Source: an uncultured Gammaproteobacteria bacterium (GTDB taxonomy: Bacteria; Patescibacteriota; Patescibacteriia; UBA9570). From it: DNA of 64,000 bases. Both the position numbers and the translations under genes were made by a program. The stretch lies in assembly GCA_964385285.1 (NCBI GenBank), contig CAYLOJ010000005.1:493-64492 (forward strand), written 5' to 3'. Numbering within the stretch: position 1 is the first letter of the stretch; each line of letters starts with the position of its first letter. Below are positions 28,395 to 36,975 of the stretch, in pieces. The notes under the pieces were generated by a model that had not been told where the DNA came from, ran no database searches, and saw only the letters and a list, made by a program, of their open reading frames with translations.

Positions 28395-29369
28395 TTATTG
28401 CGGTAAAGTAACTTTAGACTGTCGATAAGATACTAACCCATCTTTGGCCATTGTGGCAATGACTGCTGTTAGCCAGGGCAACCGTTCCGCTTTCCAGTCA
28501 GGCTGAATGGCTTTGCCAATTTGCGTTAGGGTAGCTACTTGGTGCGTCTGTAAATACTGCAGAATCTTGCCGCGCCAGATGCGTCTTGGTTGCCCGAAGT
28601 AGAGTGGTTCTGTCCGTTTGGTTTTTACCCGTAGCTGCTCAGGGTTGGCTTTGAGAATGGACGGATACGATTTACAGATAGTTTGCATCGGGCAAACTGC
28701 ACACTTTGGACGCTTGGCAATGCAGATGGTTGCTCCGAAATCCATCATCCCTTGATTGAAATCGTAAGGTGATTTAGCCCGTTCAATGATCATCCGGCTC
28801 AGTGTCCAGAAGAGACCGTGCTCATCACGCAGCTGTTCTAATTTTTTGAAGCCAAAAAAAATTCTCCCTAAGACGCGTTTAATATTTGTATCTACTAATG
28901 GAGCGCGCTGTTTAAAAGCAAAGCTAGCAATCGCGTGAGCGGTATATTCACCAATTCCTTTAAAGGTTTGCAGTTCGGCAATGTCGGTGGGGAACTGACC
29001 CGCATAATCTCGTAGTACTCGTTGGGCAATCTGATGCAATGCTAAGGCGCGACGGTTGTAACCTAGGCCTGCCCATTCTTGTAGTACTGCGGCGGTTGGA
29101 GCTGCAGCTAAACTTTGCACCGTTGGAAACCGTTTGAGCCAGCGTTCGTAACGCTCAATCACTGTGATCACCTGAGTTTGTTGTAGCATCACTTCAGAGA
29201 TCAGAATGCGATACGGATCGTGCGTATTACGCCATGGCAAATCGCGTCCGGACTTTTGATACCAGCTAATCAGTTTACGTGGAAATTGTGCCAATTGCGC
29301 TGAATCGACTGTAAAACTTTGCAAGTGAGTTGACACCTTAATTCTTGGCATGGTTGGATAATACCACAT
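28395..29369 (-). CDS. mutY: A/G-specific adenine DNA glycosylase MutY
   Basis: HhH-GPD region 'LPWRNTHDPYRILISEVMLQQTQV'; 4Fe-4S loop 'CIAKRPKCAVCPMQTIC'; the absence of an Asp-Lys pair is consistent with MutY rather than Nth. An alternative start is at Met-7 (29351). Confidence 0.75.
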   Translation of the reverse strand: MWYYPTMPRIKVSTHLQSFTVDSAQLAQFPRKLISWYQKSGRDLPWRNTHDPYRILISEVMLQQTQVITVIERYERWLKRFPTVQSLAAAPTAAVLQEWAGLGYNRRALALHQIAQRVLRDYAGQFPTDIAELQTFKGIGEYTAHAIASFAFKQRAPLVDTNIKRVLGRIFFGFKKLEQLRDEHGLFWTLSRMIIERAKSPYDFNQGMMDFGATICIAKRPKCAVCPMQTICKSYPSILKANPEQLRVKTKRTEPLYFGQPRRIWRGKILQYLQTHQVATLTQIGKAIQPDWKAERLPWLTAVIATMAKDGLVSYRQSKVTLPQ

Positions 29370-30429
29370 GTCCCAACATCTCAGTGAACAGCTTATCCAC
29401 TACGCTCAGGATCATCTTGGGTTTACGCGTGTTGGAATTGTGCCTGCAAGTGCAGCTACTACTTTCCCACAGTTTAGTGACTGGCTAGATCATCGCTATC
29501 AGGGTGAGATGGCATGGTTAGAAACCGAGGGGCGCAAGGAGAAGCGAGCGGATGTACGGACAATCTTACCGGGTGCGCAGAGTGTCATTACTTTGGCTTA
29601 TACCTATCGTACCGAAGATCTTCCGTTAGAGATTCGCAACGATCCATCCCGAGGTCTATTTTCACGCTATACCTGGGGTCGTGATTATCACACTGTGCTA
29701 AAGAAGCGTTTACAAGCCTTATTGGATTATCTGGAAGAGCAGCTGGGCGTAGAGGTGCAGGGCAGAGCTTATGTTGATACTGGTCCAATCTTAGAACGTG
29801 AGTTAGCTGAACGCGCAGGAATCGGTTTTGTGGGAAATAATAGTATGTTGATTAGCCCGATGTTTGGCTCCTATCTTTTTTTAAGTGAAGTGATTGTGAA
29901 TATTCCGTTAGAGCCCGTGACGTACAAAAAAGTAGGTGGTTGTCGTACGTGTCATAAATGTGTAAAACGTTGTCCGACCAAAGCCATTGTAGATAATAAA
30001 GTTATCGATGCACGGAAGTGTATTTCGTATCTGACTATTGAAAGCAAAGGGAGCATCCCAGTGGAATTAAGACCACTGATGACTAATCGTATTTACGGTT
30101 GTGATATTTGTCAGGAAGTCTGCCCATGGAACGGTACACCTAAGGCTAAACAGACCCAGAATGATTGGTTAGCAGCTGCTTTGGATCGCCAAGCACCCCA
30201 TTTAGTCGAGCTGGCACAATTAACGGATGAAACGTTCTTGCAACGTTTTCAAGGGACGCCGATTATGCGCGCTAAGCGGGTTGGTTTACTGCGTAACGTA
30301 GCCGTTGCGCTAGGAAATTGGGGGAGTGACGAAGCGATGATTGCGTTGGAACAGTTAGCTCAGGATTCTTCCGCATTGATTCGGGAGCATGCTTATTGGG
30401 GTTTGAGTCGCAAGCAGGCCTTGCAATAA
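29368..30429 (+). CDS. queG: tRNA epoxyqueuosine reductase QueG
   Basis: Ferredoxin-type clusters 'CRTCHKCVKRCP' and 'CDICQEVCPWN'; HEAT-like C-terminus; typical length. Confidence 0.8.
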   Translation: MSQHLSEQLIHYAQDHLGFTRVGIVPASAATTFPQFSDWLDHRYQGEMAWLETEGRKEKRADVRTILPGAQSVITLAYTYRTEDLPLEIRNDPSRGLFSRYTWGRDYHTVLKKRLQALLDYLEEQLGVEVQGRAYVDTGPILERELAERAGIGFVGNNSMLISPMFGSYLFLSEVIVNIPLEPVTYKKVGGCRTCHKCVKRCPTKAIVDNKVIDARKCISYLTIESKGSIPVELRPLMTNRIYGCDICQEVCPWNGTPKAKQTQNDWLAAALDRQAPHLVELAQLTDETFLQRFQGTPIMRAKRVGLLRNVAVALGNWGSDEAMIALEQLAQDSSALIREHAYWGLSRKQALQ

Positions 30430-30809
30430 CCATACACTGTCACCACGTGCATCGTAGGGACGAAATCTTTGAATTTGGGTAGGGTTAACTCACAATCAAT
30501 ATCGGTCATTTTTCCACAAGCCTGACAGATTGAATGGTGGTGATGATGGTGGTAAGGAGAAGCCAATTCAAAATACTGTTCTTTTCGGTCATGCATTAAT
30601 CGTTCGACGATGCCATCCTGTTCTAGATGCTCGAGCATGCGGTACAAGGTGACGATATTAATCTTGGGTAGGGCGTGTTCGATCTGTTTTACACTCACCG
30701 GGCGTTGTTGTTTGCAGAGGAATTCTAGCACCGCTAACCGATTCTTAGTTAAACGATCTCCGTGGTTTTGTAATTTCTTCACCACTGCAGTGAGGTGAGC
30801 ATGAGCCAT
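30393..30809 (-). CDS. Fur-family metalloregulator (Fur/Zur/PerR)
   Basis: N-terminal wHTH 'RLTKNRLAVLEFL....PVSVKQIEHAL.....TLYRMLEHLEQDGIV'; metal sites 'HHHHHHSICQACGK' and 'DIDCE'. Start is 1 nt after the stop of the upstream ferric-reductase gene. Confidence 0.8.
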   Translation of the reverse strand: MAHAHLTAVVKKLQNHGDRLTKNRLAVLEFLCKQQRPVSVKQIEHALPKINIVTLYRMLEHLEQDGIVERLMHDRKEQYFELASPYHHHHHHSICQACGKMTDIDCELTLPKFKDFVPTMHVVTVYGYCKACLRLKPQ

Positions 30810-30810
30810 A

Positions 30811-32115
30811 CTAATTTAGAGCGAACTCTTCAAAGTGAATATGATCAGCAGTTACACCCATCGTAGCTAATAATTGACGCATGCCACGCATCATTGGTTT
30901 AGGGCCGCAGATGAAATAATGTTGCTGTAGTGGTTCTGGAATAGCCGCTTCATAGTTCTGACGTGTTAATCGTTCAGTAGTGTAGACGACTTTAAAATTA
31001 GCATGGGTACGCGCCAATTGATCAAACGTTTCTTTGAAAGCAAAATCTTGTTCACTTCTAGCACTGTACAATAGTGTTAATGGTCGTTTAGTATCTGTTG
31101 CTAACAGAGCGGTGATCATGGCGTGTAGTGGTGTAATACCGATACCACCAGCTACAAACACATAACCCATATCATCGTGTGGTAGGCGTTGGTAGCTGAA
31201 TTGACCATAGGGTCCTTCTACTTTAGCAATCGTGTCTACCTGTACGCTGTTCAATTGTTTGGTCCAATCACCAGACTCTTTCATGGTTAGTGTTAGTACG
31301 GAGCTATTCGGTCGGCTAGAAATAGTGAAGGGATGCCATTCACGACTAATGCCTGTAGATTTAAATTGTACAAAAACGAACTGCCCAGGTTGATAGTCTA
31401 ATACCTTTCCGTGGACGGGAACTAACTCTACATGGTGCACATTTTGTGCAATTACTTGGTGGGCTTGTACGCGATACGAGCGAGCCATCAGCGGCACTAG
31501 CATCCGACGGTGCAGTAAGGATAATCCGGCAATCGCTCCCAAGATTGTCCAATACCATCGCAATGTGCCGCTGACCAAGTGTGAACCGAGATACAAACTG
31601 TGCAGGAATCCGCCTAGAATGGCAACGTACATAAAAAAGTGCACACGCTTCCACCAGTGATACGGAAGATGTAATCGGCGATAAATCAGTGTTAGTAATA
31701 CGATCAACACCATGGTATCGAACGAAAGCATACCTAATGTTTCCCAACGCCAACCGGGTTGAATGAACGCCCACAGTGTTGCGAAGCCAAAATCAAAGTA
31801 GTACAAGCTAATGCCCAGGGCATGTAAGGCGATGCAAGTTAATCCGATTATGCCGGCCCATTTATGGACACGTGTTAAACGATCAAAGCCAATCATGCGA
31901 TCTAACCAAGTCCAGCGAGTGGCCAATACTAACTCCATTAATAATAAACTTGCACCAGTAAAGCCAAATAATTGCGCGGTGGTATAGCGCCAATCAAACC
32001 AAGTGGCGGGTTCAAAGAAAATCAGCCAGCAACTGGGGAAGAGGATAATGGCGGCATAAGGTAGTAGTAACCAATAACGTTTGAAATAGTACATACGAGA
32101 ACGATTAAGCTTCAT
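30811..32115 (-). CDS. NOX-like ferric reductase family protein (6-TM bis-heme domain fused to FAD- and NAD-binding domains)
   Basis: Heme-ligand His pairs 'HKWAGIIGLTCIALH' and 'HFFMYVAILGGFLHSLY'; FAD motif 'HPFTISS'; NAD motif 'GGIGITP'; 'CGP' near the C-terminus. Confidence 0.75.
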   Translation of the reverse strand: MKLNRSRMYYFKRYWLLLPYAAIILFPSCWLIFFEPATWFDWRYTTAQLFGFTGASLLLMELVLATRWTWLDRMIGFDRLTRVHKWAGIIGLTCIALHALGISLYYFDFGFATLWAFIQPGWRWETLGMLSFDTMVLIVLLTLIYRRLHLPYHWWKRVHFFMYVAILGGFLHSLYLGSHLVSGTLRWYWTILGAIAGLSLLHRRMLVPLMARSYRVQAHQVIAQNVHHVELVPVHGKVLDYQPGQFVFVQFKSTGISREWHPFTISSRPNSSVLTLTMKESGDWTKQLNSVQVDTIAKVEGPYGQFSYQRLPHDDMGYVFVAGGIGITPLHAMITALLATDTKRPLTLLYSARSEQDFAFKETFDQLARTHANFKVVYTTERLTRQNYEAAIPEPLQQHYFICGPKPMMRGMRQLLATMGVTADHIHFEEFALN

Positions 32116-33115
32116 TTAATTGATCAGTTGCTAGTCGCACTGCACCCCATACTGGAGGATGACTTGGTTTGATGACGGTCGCATGCGGTGCAATGTTTTT
32201 AATGCGTGCGGTAAAGCGCTTGAGAAAAGGGATGGTTGAAATTTCAAAGACACCGCCAGCCACAACAAGATCAAACGGCATTTTTTTCATTTGTAAACGT
32301 TGTACAACTGCGGCGACGTGCATAGTGAGTTCTTCTAAGGTTTCATTAATAATTTCTTTAGCACGCCAATCTCCCGCCGCTGCCAACGGATCCACTAATT
32401 TTCCTAGCTTGGCAATTTTGGATTTATCAAGACGTTGACCATAAATTTGCCCGTGATAGGTCAGTGGTTCCAATGAGCGAATGGAGGCAATTTTGAAATG
32501 TGCAAGTACGGCTGACTGCAGTTTAGTAGGCTTCGTGCGGCCATCACCACTACGGACAGCTGCTCGCAAGACTTTTAACCCCATATCATAACCACTGCCC
32601 TCATCGGAGAGAATGAATTCTAAGCCACCAGCATGCGCCATTTCGCCTTTGTGGTTAATGCCAAAACAATGTGAACCCGTGCCGGCAATCAAGGCGATAC
32701 CGTAGGGGTCATCGCTACCGCTGCGACGTACCAAATGAATATCATTGAGCACCTCTAAATGACTTTGATGATTTAACCACGGGGTTAAAGCTTTTTTTAC
32801 GATGCGCTCCGCTCGTAATTGATCATTCGGCGAATCGATTCCGGCCATTCCAACTACGACGGAACGGAAGGCTAACCGACTGCGCGTTTTAACGTGCTGG
32901 ACAGCTTGTTCTGTTGCAGTTCGAAGATTGTGAATAATCTCCTCGGCTTTGACCGTGTGCAAATTACCAGGACCACCCTTGCCAACCCCATAGATTTTTT
33001 GATCATCACCAACTGCCGCGGCCGTTTTGGTGGCGCCAGAATCAATGCCTAAGACAAACTTAGCTTGCTTGAGCAGTAGGGCTTGCGGTTGAGTTTGTGT
33101 AGCGATACGGGCCAT
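32105..33115 (-). CDS. BadF/BadG/BcrA/BcrD-type ATPase (N-acetylglucosamine-kinase-like)
   Basis: 'VLGIDSGATKTAAAV' phosphate-1 motif; 'IAGTGS'; ASKHA fold length. Confidence 0.65.
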   Translation of the reverse strand: MARIATQTQPQALLLKQAKFVLGIDSGATKTAAAVGDDQKIYGVGKGGPGNLHTVKAEEIIHNLRTATEQAVQHVKTRSRLAFRSVVVGMAGIDSPNDQLRAERIVKKALTPWLNHQSHLEVLNDIHLVRRSGSDDPYGIALIAGTGSHCFGINHKGEMAHAGGLEFILSDEGSGYDMGLKVLRAAVRSGDGRTKPTKLQSAVLAHFKIASIRSLEPLTYHGQIYGQRLDKSKIAKLGKLVDPLAAAGDWRAKEIINETLEELTMHVAAVVQRLQMKKMPFDLVVAGGVFEISTIPFLKRFTARIKNIAPHATVIKPSHPPVWGAVRLATDQLNEA

Positions 33116-33118
33116 AGA

Positions 33119-33640
33119 TTAGTGCCAACTGACCTCAACGGTATCGGTTTTGATATTAATGTAGCGAGCCAAAGTAAATAACCAATCAGATAGCCGATTC
33201 ATATATTGAATGACTAATGCATCGACATGATCTGTTGTGGTAAGACTAATAATCAAACGTTCTGCACGTCGACAAATTGTGCGGGCAATATGGGCTTGGC
33301 ATGCGGCCGCGTGGCCACCGGGTAAAATGAATTTACGCAACTCAGGAAGTGCCACCGTCATTTCATCAATCGATCGTTCCAGCTGTAGAATCATAGCTAT
33401 CGCCAGGCCACTATCTGTCTGCTGTGGGGTGGCCAAATGAGAACCGATCGTAAAGAGCATGCGTTGAATCTCCATTAGTTGGTCTGCAGCTTGGGGCCAT
33501 TGAGTTGCTAACAAACCAATTTGACTATTGAGTTCATCAATTGTGCCGTAGGCTTCCAAGCGGGGATGATTCTTAGCGACGCGTTCACCGCCAAATAATC
33601 CAGAGGAGCCTTTGTCGCCGGTTTTTGTATAGATCTTCAT
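33119..33640 (-). CDS. PduO-type ATP:cob(I)alamin adenosyltransferase
   Basis: 'MKIYTKTGDKGSSGLFGGERVAKNHPRLEAYGTIDELNSQIG' is the hallmark N-terminus of the PduO/MMAB family. Confidence 0.8.
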   Translation of the reverse strand: MKIYTKTGDKGSSGLFGGERVAKNHPRLEAYGTIDELNSQIGLLATQWPQAADQLMEIQRMLFTIGSHLATPQQTDSGLAIAMILQLERSIDEMTVALPELRKFILPGGHAAACQAHIARTICRRAERLIISLTTTDHVDALVIQYMNRLSDWLFTLARYINIKTDTVEVSWH

Positions 33641-33652
33641 ATGAACACTATA

Positions 33653-34894
33653 CTACTCGTAGCGCAGAGCTTCAATCGGATGCAACTTAGCGGCTTTTAA
33701 CGCAGGATAAAGACCAAAGATAAACCCAGTCGTCATTGAAACTGCGCATGCTAAGAACACAGCTGATGGCACGAAGACAAATTGGATATCCCAGGTGGGT
33801 TGTACTAGATTCACGACAATGACCGCAGCATAGGCCAATCCTAATCCAACTCCGATACCGATCAAACCACCGAGCGTAGTGAGAACAGCAGCTTCAATTA
33901 AAAATTGAACTAGAATAGAACTATTTTTGGCACCAACCGCTTTACGCAAACCAATTTCTTTAGTCCGTTCTTTCACTGTTACTAACATGATATTCATGAT
34001 ACCAATTCCACCAACGAAGAGTGAGATTGCAGCAATGGCCGCAACGAACATCTGAATACCTACTAGAACGGTGTCAAAAATACTTAAGGCCTGCTCACGA
34101 CTTTGAATAAAAAGACGCTTAGCTTGCTCCTCGTCTAAATTTTTAATCCGTTTAATTTCAAACGCGATGCGATCTTTAAATTGATCCACATCCGCAGTGG
34201 GGTCAATCGCTACTAAGAGTAGTGTAACTTTATTATAATCTTCAGCTGGAGCGAGATACGCATAGACAGTGGTGATAGGAATATAGACGTAGCCACCACC
34301 AAACGCACCGCTTAATGGGGGATCATTCACTACACCAATCACAAGCAAGGATCGTCCTTTAATCGTAATCGTATTGCCAACTGCAGCACCGGCAGCACCA
34401 AACACATCGTTAGCCACACTTTCTGATAACACAATTACGTTATCTGCCCGGTTCACTTCTGCGTCGGAAAAGCCACGACCTGCCAAAAACTTCAAATTAT
34501 TCACATTAAATACTCCGGTGCGATCTCCCCAGACAGATACCTGATAGGTTTCACTATCATATTCTAAATTACCAGACAGCGTATAAGCCGTAGAGATATC
34601 CTCTAAATCAGAAAGTAGGCTAGAAGAACGGAGCTCATCAGCATCGCTCAGTGTAAAGGTAATGGGTTCGGAATCGGCAAATGGACCGAACGAACCTTGA
34701 TCGGCTACCTCGATTACGTTGGTGCCAAATTGGCTGATTTGACCAAGCAAAAACTGTTTGGCGATTTCGCCGAGCGTCATAATCAGAATCACAGATCCAA
34801 TTCCGATAATAATCCCTAACATCGTCAAGAACGATTTGCCTTTATTGGCCAGCAATTGGCGGACTGAAGTTTGAACGTGCGTAAGTAATAGCAT
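33653..34894 (-). CDS. ABC transporter permease, MacB/FtsX-like
   Basis: N-terminal TM, large periplasmic domain, and C-terminal FtsX 3-TM bundle 'ERTKEIGLRKAVGA'. Confidence 0.8.
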   Translation of the reverse strand: MLLLTHVQTSVRQLLANKGKSFLTMLGIIIGIGSVILIMTLGEIAKQFLLGQISQFGTNVIEVADQGSFGPFADSEPITFTLSDADELRSSSLLSDLEDISTAYTLSGNLEYDSETYQVSVWGDRTGVFNVNNLKFLAGRGFSDAEVNRADNVIVLSESVANDVFGAAGAAVGNTITIKGRSLLVIGVVNDPPLSGAFGGGYVYIPITTVYAYLAPAEDYNKVTLLLVAIDPTADVDQFKDRIAFEIKRIKNLDEEQAKRLFIQSREQALSIFDTVLVGIQMFVAAIAAISLFVGGIGIMNIMLVTVKERTKEIGLRKAVGAKNSSILVQFLIEAAVLTTLGGLIGIGVGLGLAYAAVIVVNLVQPTWDIQFVFVPSAVFLACAVSMTTGFIFGLYPALKAAKLHPIEALRYE

Positions 34895-34896
34895 AG

Positions 34897-35589
34897 TTAT
34901 TTCTGGATTTTACCATCACGCATAATAATTTGACGGGAAGCGTAGGCAGCCACTTCATCTGAGTGGGTCACCATAATGACTGTCTTGCCTTCGTCATGCA
35001 GTGCACTAATTAATTCCATGATCTCATGTGATGTTTTGGTATCCAGATTACCAGTCGGTTCATCGCAGAAGAGAACGGTGGGATTATTAACCAATGCTCG
35101 AGCGATGGAGACGCGTTGTTGCTGTCCACCGGAAAGTTCATTGGGCTTATGATAAATGCGGTTAGACAAGCCGACGCGCTTTAACAATTGATAGGCGCGT
35201 TCCCGGGCCGCCTTTTTTTTGACACCAGCATAGAGGAGGGGAAGTGCAACATTATCTAAGGCTGAGGTACGAGATAAGAGGTGAAACTGTTGAAACACAA
35301 ATCCCAGCACTGCATTGCGTAGTTCTGCTAGGTAATTATCACTGAAGGAGGTAATGTTTTGACCAGCAAACCAGTACTCGCCACTGGTGGGGGCGTCTAG
35401 AAATGCCAGTACATTCATTAATGTTGACTTGCCTGATCCGGATGGCCCCATTAAGGCTAAGAATTCTCCTTCATGGACTGTCAGGTTGATACCACGCAAC
35501 GCTGGTACTTCCAAAGTACCATTCCAGTACGTTTTAACAATATCCACTATGCGGATGACTTCGTTCGTTGATTTTTTCATTGAGTCCAA
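34897..35589 (-). CDS. ABC transporter ATP-binding protein (MacB/LolD-type)
   Basis: Walker A 'GPSGSGKST'; signature 'LSGGQQQRVSIARAL'; Walker B 'LFCDEPTGNLD'. Confidence 0.9.
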   Translation of the reverse strand: MDSMKKSTNEVIRIVDIVKTYWNGTLEVPALRGINLTVHEGEFLALMGPSGSGKSTLMNVLAFLDAPTSGEYWFAGQNITSFSDNYLAELRNAVLGFVFQQFHLLSRTSALDNVALPLLYAGVKKKAARERAYQLLKRVGLSNRIYHKPNELSGGQQQRVSIARALVNNPTVLFCDEPTGNLDTKTSHEIMELISALHDEGKTVIMVTHSDEVAAYASRQIIMRDGKIQK

Positions 35590-35597
35590 AGCTAGAG

Positions 35598-36572
35598 TTA
35601 AAAGATGGAGGCACTGCTAGACTTTGGGATATTGAGAATCACGGTAGCGCCATCGGTTAATCCAGAGGTAATTTCAATATAGTCGTCACCGTCGAATCCT
35701 GTAGTCACGGTTTGTTCAATCGGTGCAGCATCTGTTGTGGCACCTGGCAGCCATACAAAGGCAGTGCCATCATCGTGATACTGAATAGCAGCACGCTCTA
35801 ATGACAGCACTTGATCACGCTGATCCACAAGTACTTTAATATTAACCGTCAATCCAACTAAATTACCAATCTCTTCTGGTAAATCTGATGGTCGAATGCG
35901 GGTAAGATAACCACTTTCCGTGCCACCGGATTGAGCTAGCTGACTACCGGATGTGCTTTTCTGTGTATCAACGGATTCCACGGTACCATGATAGGTATCA
36001 CTACCATTACGATAAGTGGGTATGGTTAATTCAACAGCCTGATCTTTACTGAGATCAAATACTTCAGATTCAGTAGCAACAAAATCGACAAAATTCGAGC
36101 GATAGCCAACTTCGAAGACGGGGTTACCGGCTAGGGCTGTACTGCCTACAAAGGTGTTTACGGCTAATACTCGACCATCAAATGGGGCTTTTAATTGTTG
36201 ACTGCCAATTTTTGCCAAGACATCATCCTTATCGACTAAATCACCAATAGCCACATTCACTTCAGTGACCTTGCCACCAAAACTGAAGGCTAGCTGTTCG
36301 GTATGCTCAGGGGCAATTTTCCCATTAGTGCTGATAGCTTTATTCAGATCACGCACATCTGCTACCACAGTTTGATTCGTATCAAGCGTTGTGGCACTCA
36401 TGGATGAGGAGACCATTTGTATGACTATTCCTACACCCGCAAGCACTACACATACGATGATCAACCAGATCCACCAACGTTTATACCAACTGACGCGCGG
36501 AGGTTTGGGAAGCATGGCCATAGCAATAGAATAAAAGTTAAGACGATTATTTAGAATGGAAAACGGATACAA
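35598..36572 (-). CDS. periplasmic adaptor (HlyD/MacA-like membrane-fusion protein)
   Basis: N-terminal TM then a beta-barrel/lipoyl-like region; operon position upstream of the ABC ATPase and permease. Confidence 0.6.
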   Translation of the reverse strand: MYPFSILNNRLNFYSIAMAMLPKPPRVSWYKRWWIWLIIVCVVLAGVGIVIQMVSSSMSATTLDTNQTVVADVRDLNKAISTNGKIAPEHTEQLAFSFGGKVTEVNVAIGDLVDKDDVLAKIGSQQLKAPFDGRVLAVNTFVGSTALAGNPVFEVGYRSNFVDFVATESEVFDLSKDQAVELTIPTYRNGSDTYHGTVESVDTQKSTSGSQLAQSGGTESGYLTRIRPSDLPEEIGNLVGLTVNIKVLVDQRDQVLSLERAAIQYHDDGTAFVWLPGATTDAAPIEQTVTTGFDGDDYIEITSGLTDGATVILNIPKSSSASIF

Positions 36573-36593
36573 CTATATCACAGTTGCCAGTCA

Positions 36594-36622
36594 TTGACAA
36601 TTTGCTAAACTTAAGTTATATT
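36594..36622 (+). promoter_or_regulatory. sigma70-type promoter for the small-ORF and giant-protein operon
   Basis: TTGACA (36594-36599), 17-nt spacer, TATATT (36617-36622), in the divergent intergenic region. Confidence 0.5.
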
Positions 36623-36666
36623 TAGTCGTTCAATCAATTTTTTCTCTAACAAAAAACATTAAAACT

Positions 36667-36975
36667 ATGGCATCACCAACATTACCGCTCGACACGAAAA
36701 CTGCGGAACGCTTAGCATGGTTGTTGGCTCAGTCAGTGATGCCGGAAGAGCAAAAGTCAGCTTGGTTAAATTTGTTGCCGTTAATGTCTGTGGAACAGGT
36801 GCAGCGCCTAATGCAAGTGTTGGAGCAGGAACAGGCGGCCTATCAAGCGGTTAGTGCTAGTTTTTTCTCTGACTTGGATGCAGTGGTGAAAGAGATGAAT
36901 ACGAGCTTAGAACGATTGCAAGCCAAAGAACGCAAGGAGATCGAACGTTATATCCAAAAACTACTCCATGAATAG
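36667..36975 (+). CDS. small all-helical hypothetical protein, translationally coupled to the giant gene
   Basis: 102 aa; its stop overlaps the giant gene's start (ATGAATAG). Confidence 0.5.
   Translation: MASPTLPLDTKTAERLAWLLAQSVMPEEQKSAWLNLLPLMSVEQVQRLMQVLEQEQAAYQAVSASFFSDLDAVVKEMNTSLERLQAKERKEIERYIQKLLHE

Noticed and set aside
30393-30809. Hexa-histidine run (HHHHHH) that could suggest an engineered His-tag.
   Set aside because: It is internal and directly precedes 'SICQACGK', which is the structural or regulatory metal site region of Fur-family proteins. The composition and context are native.
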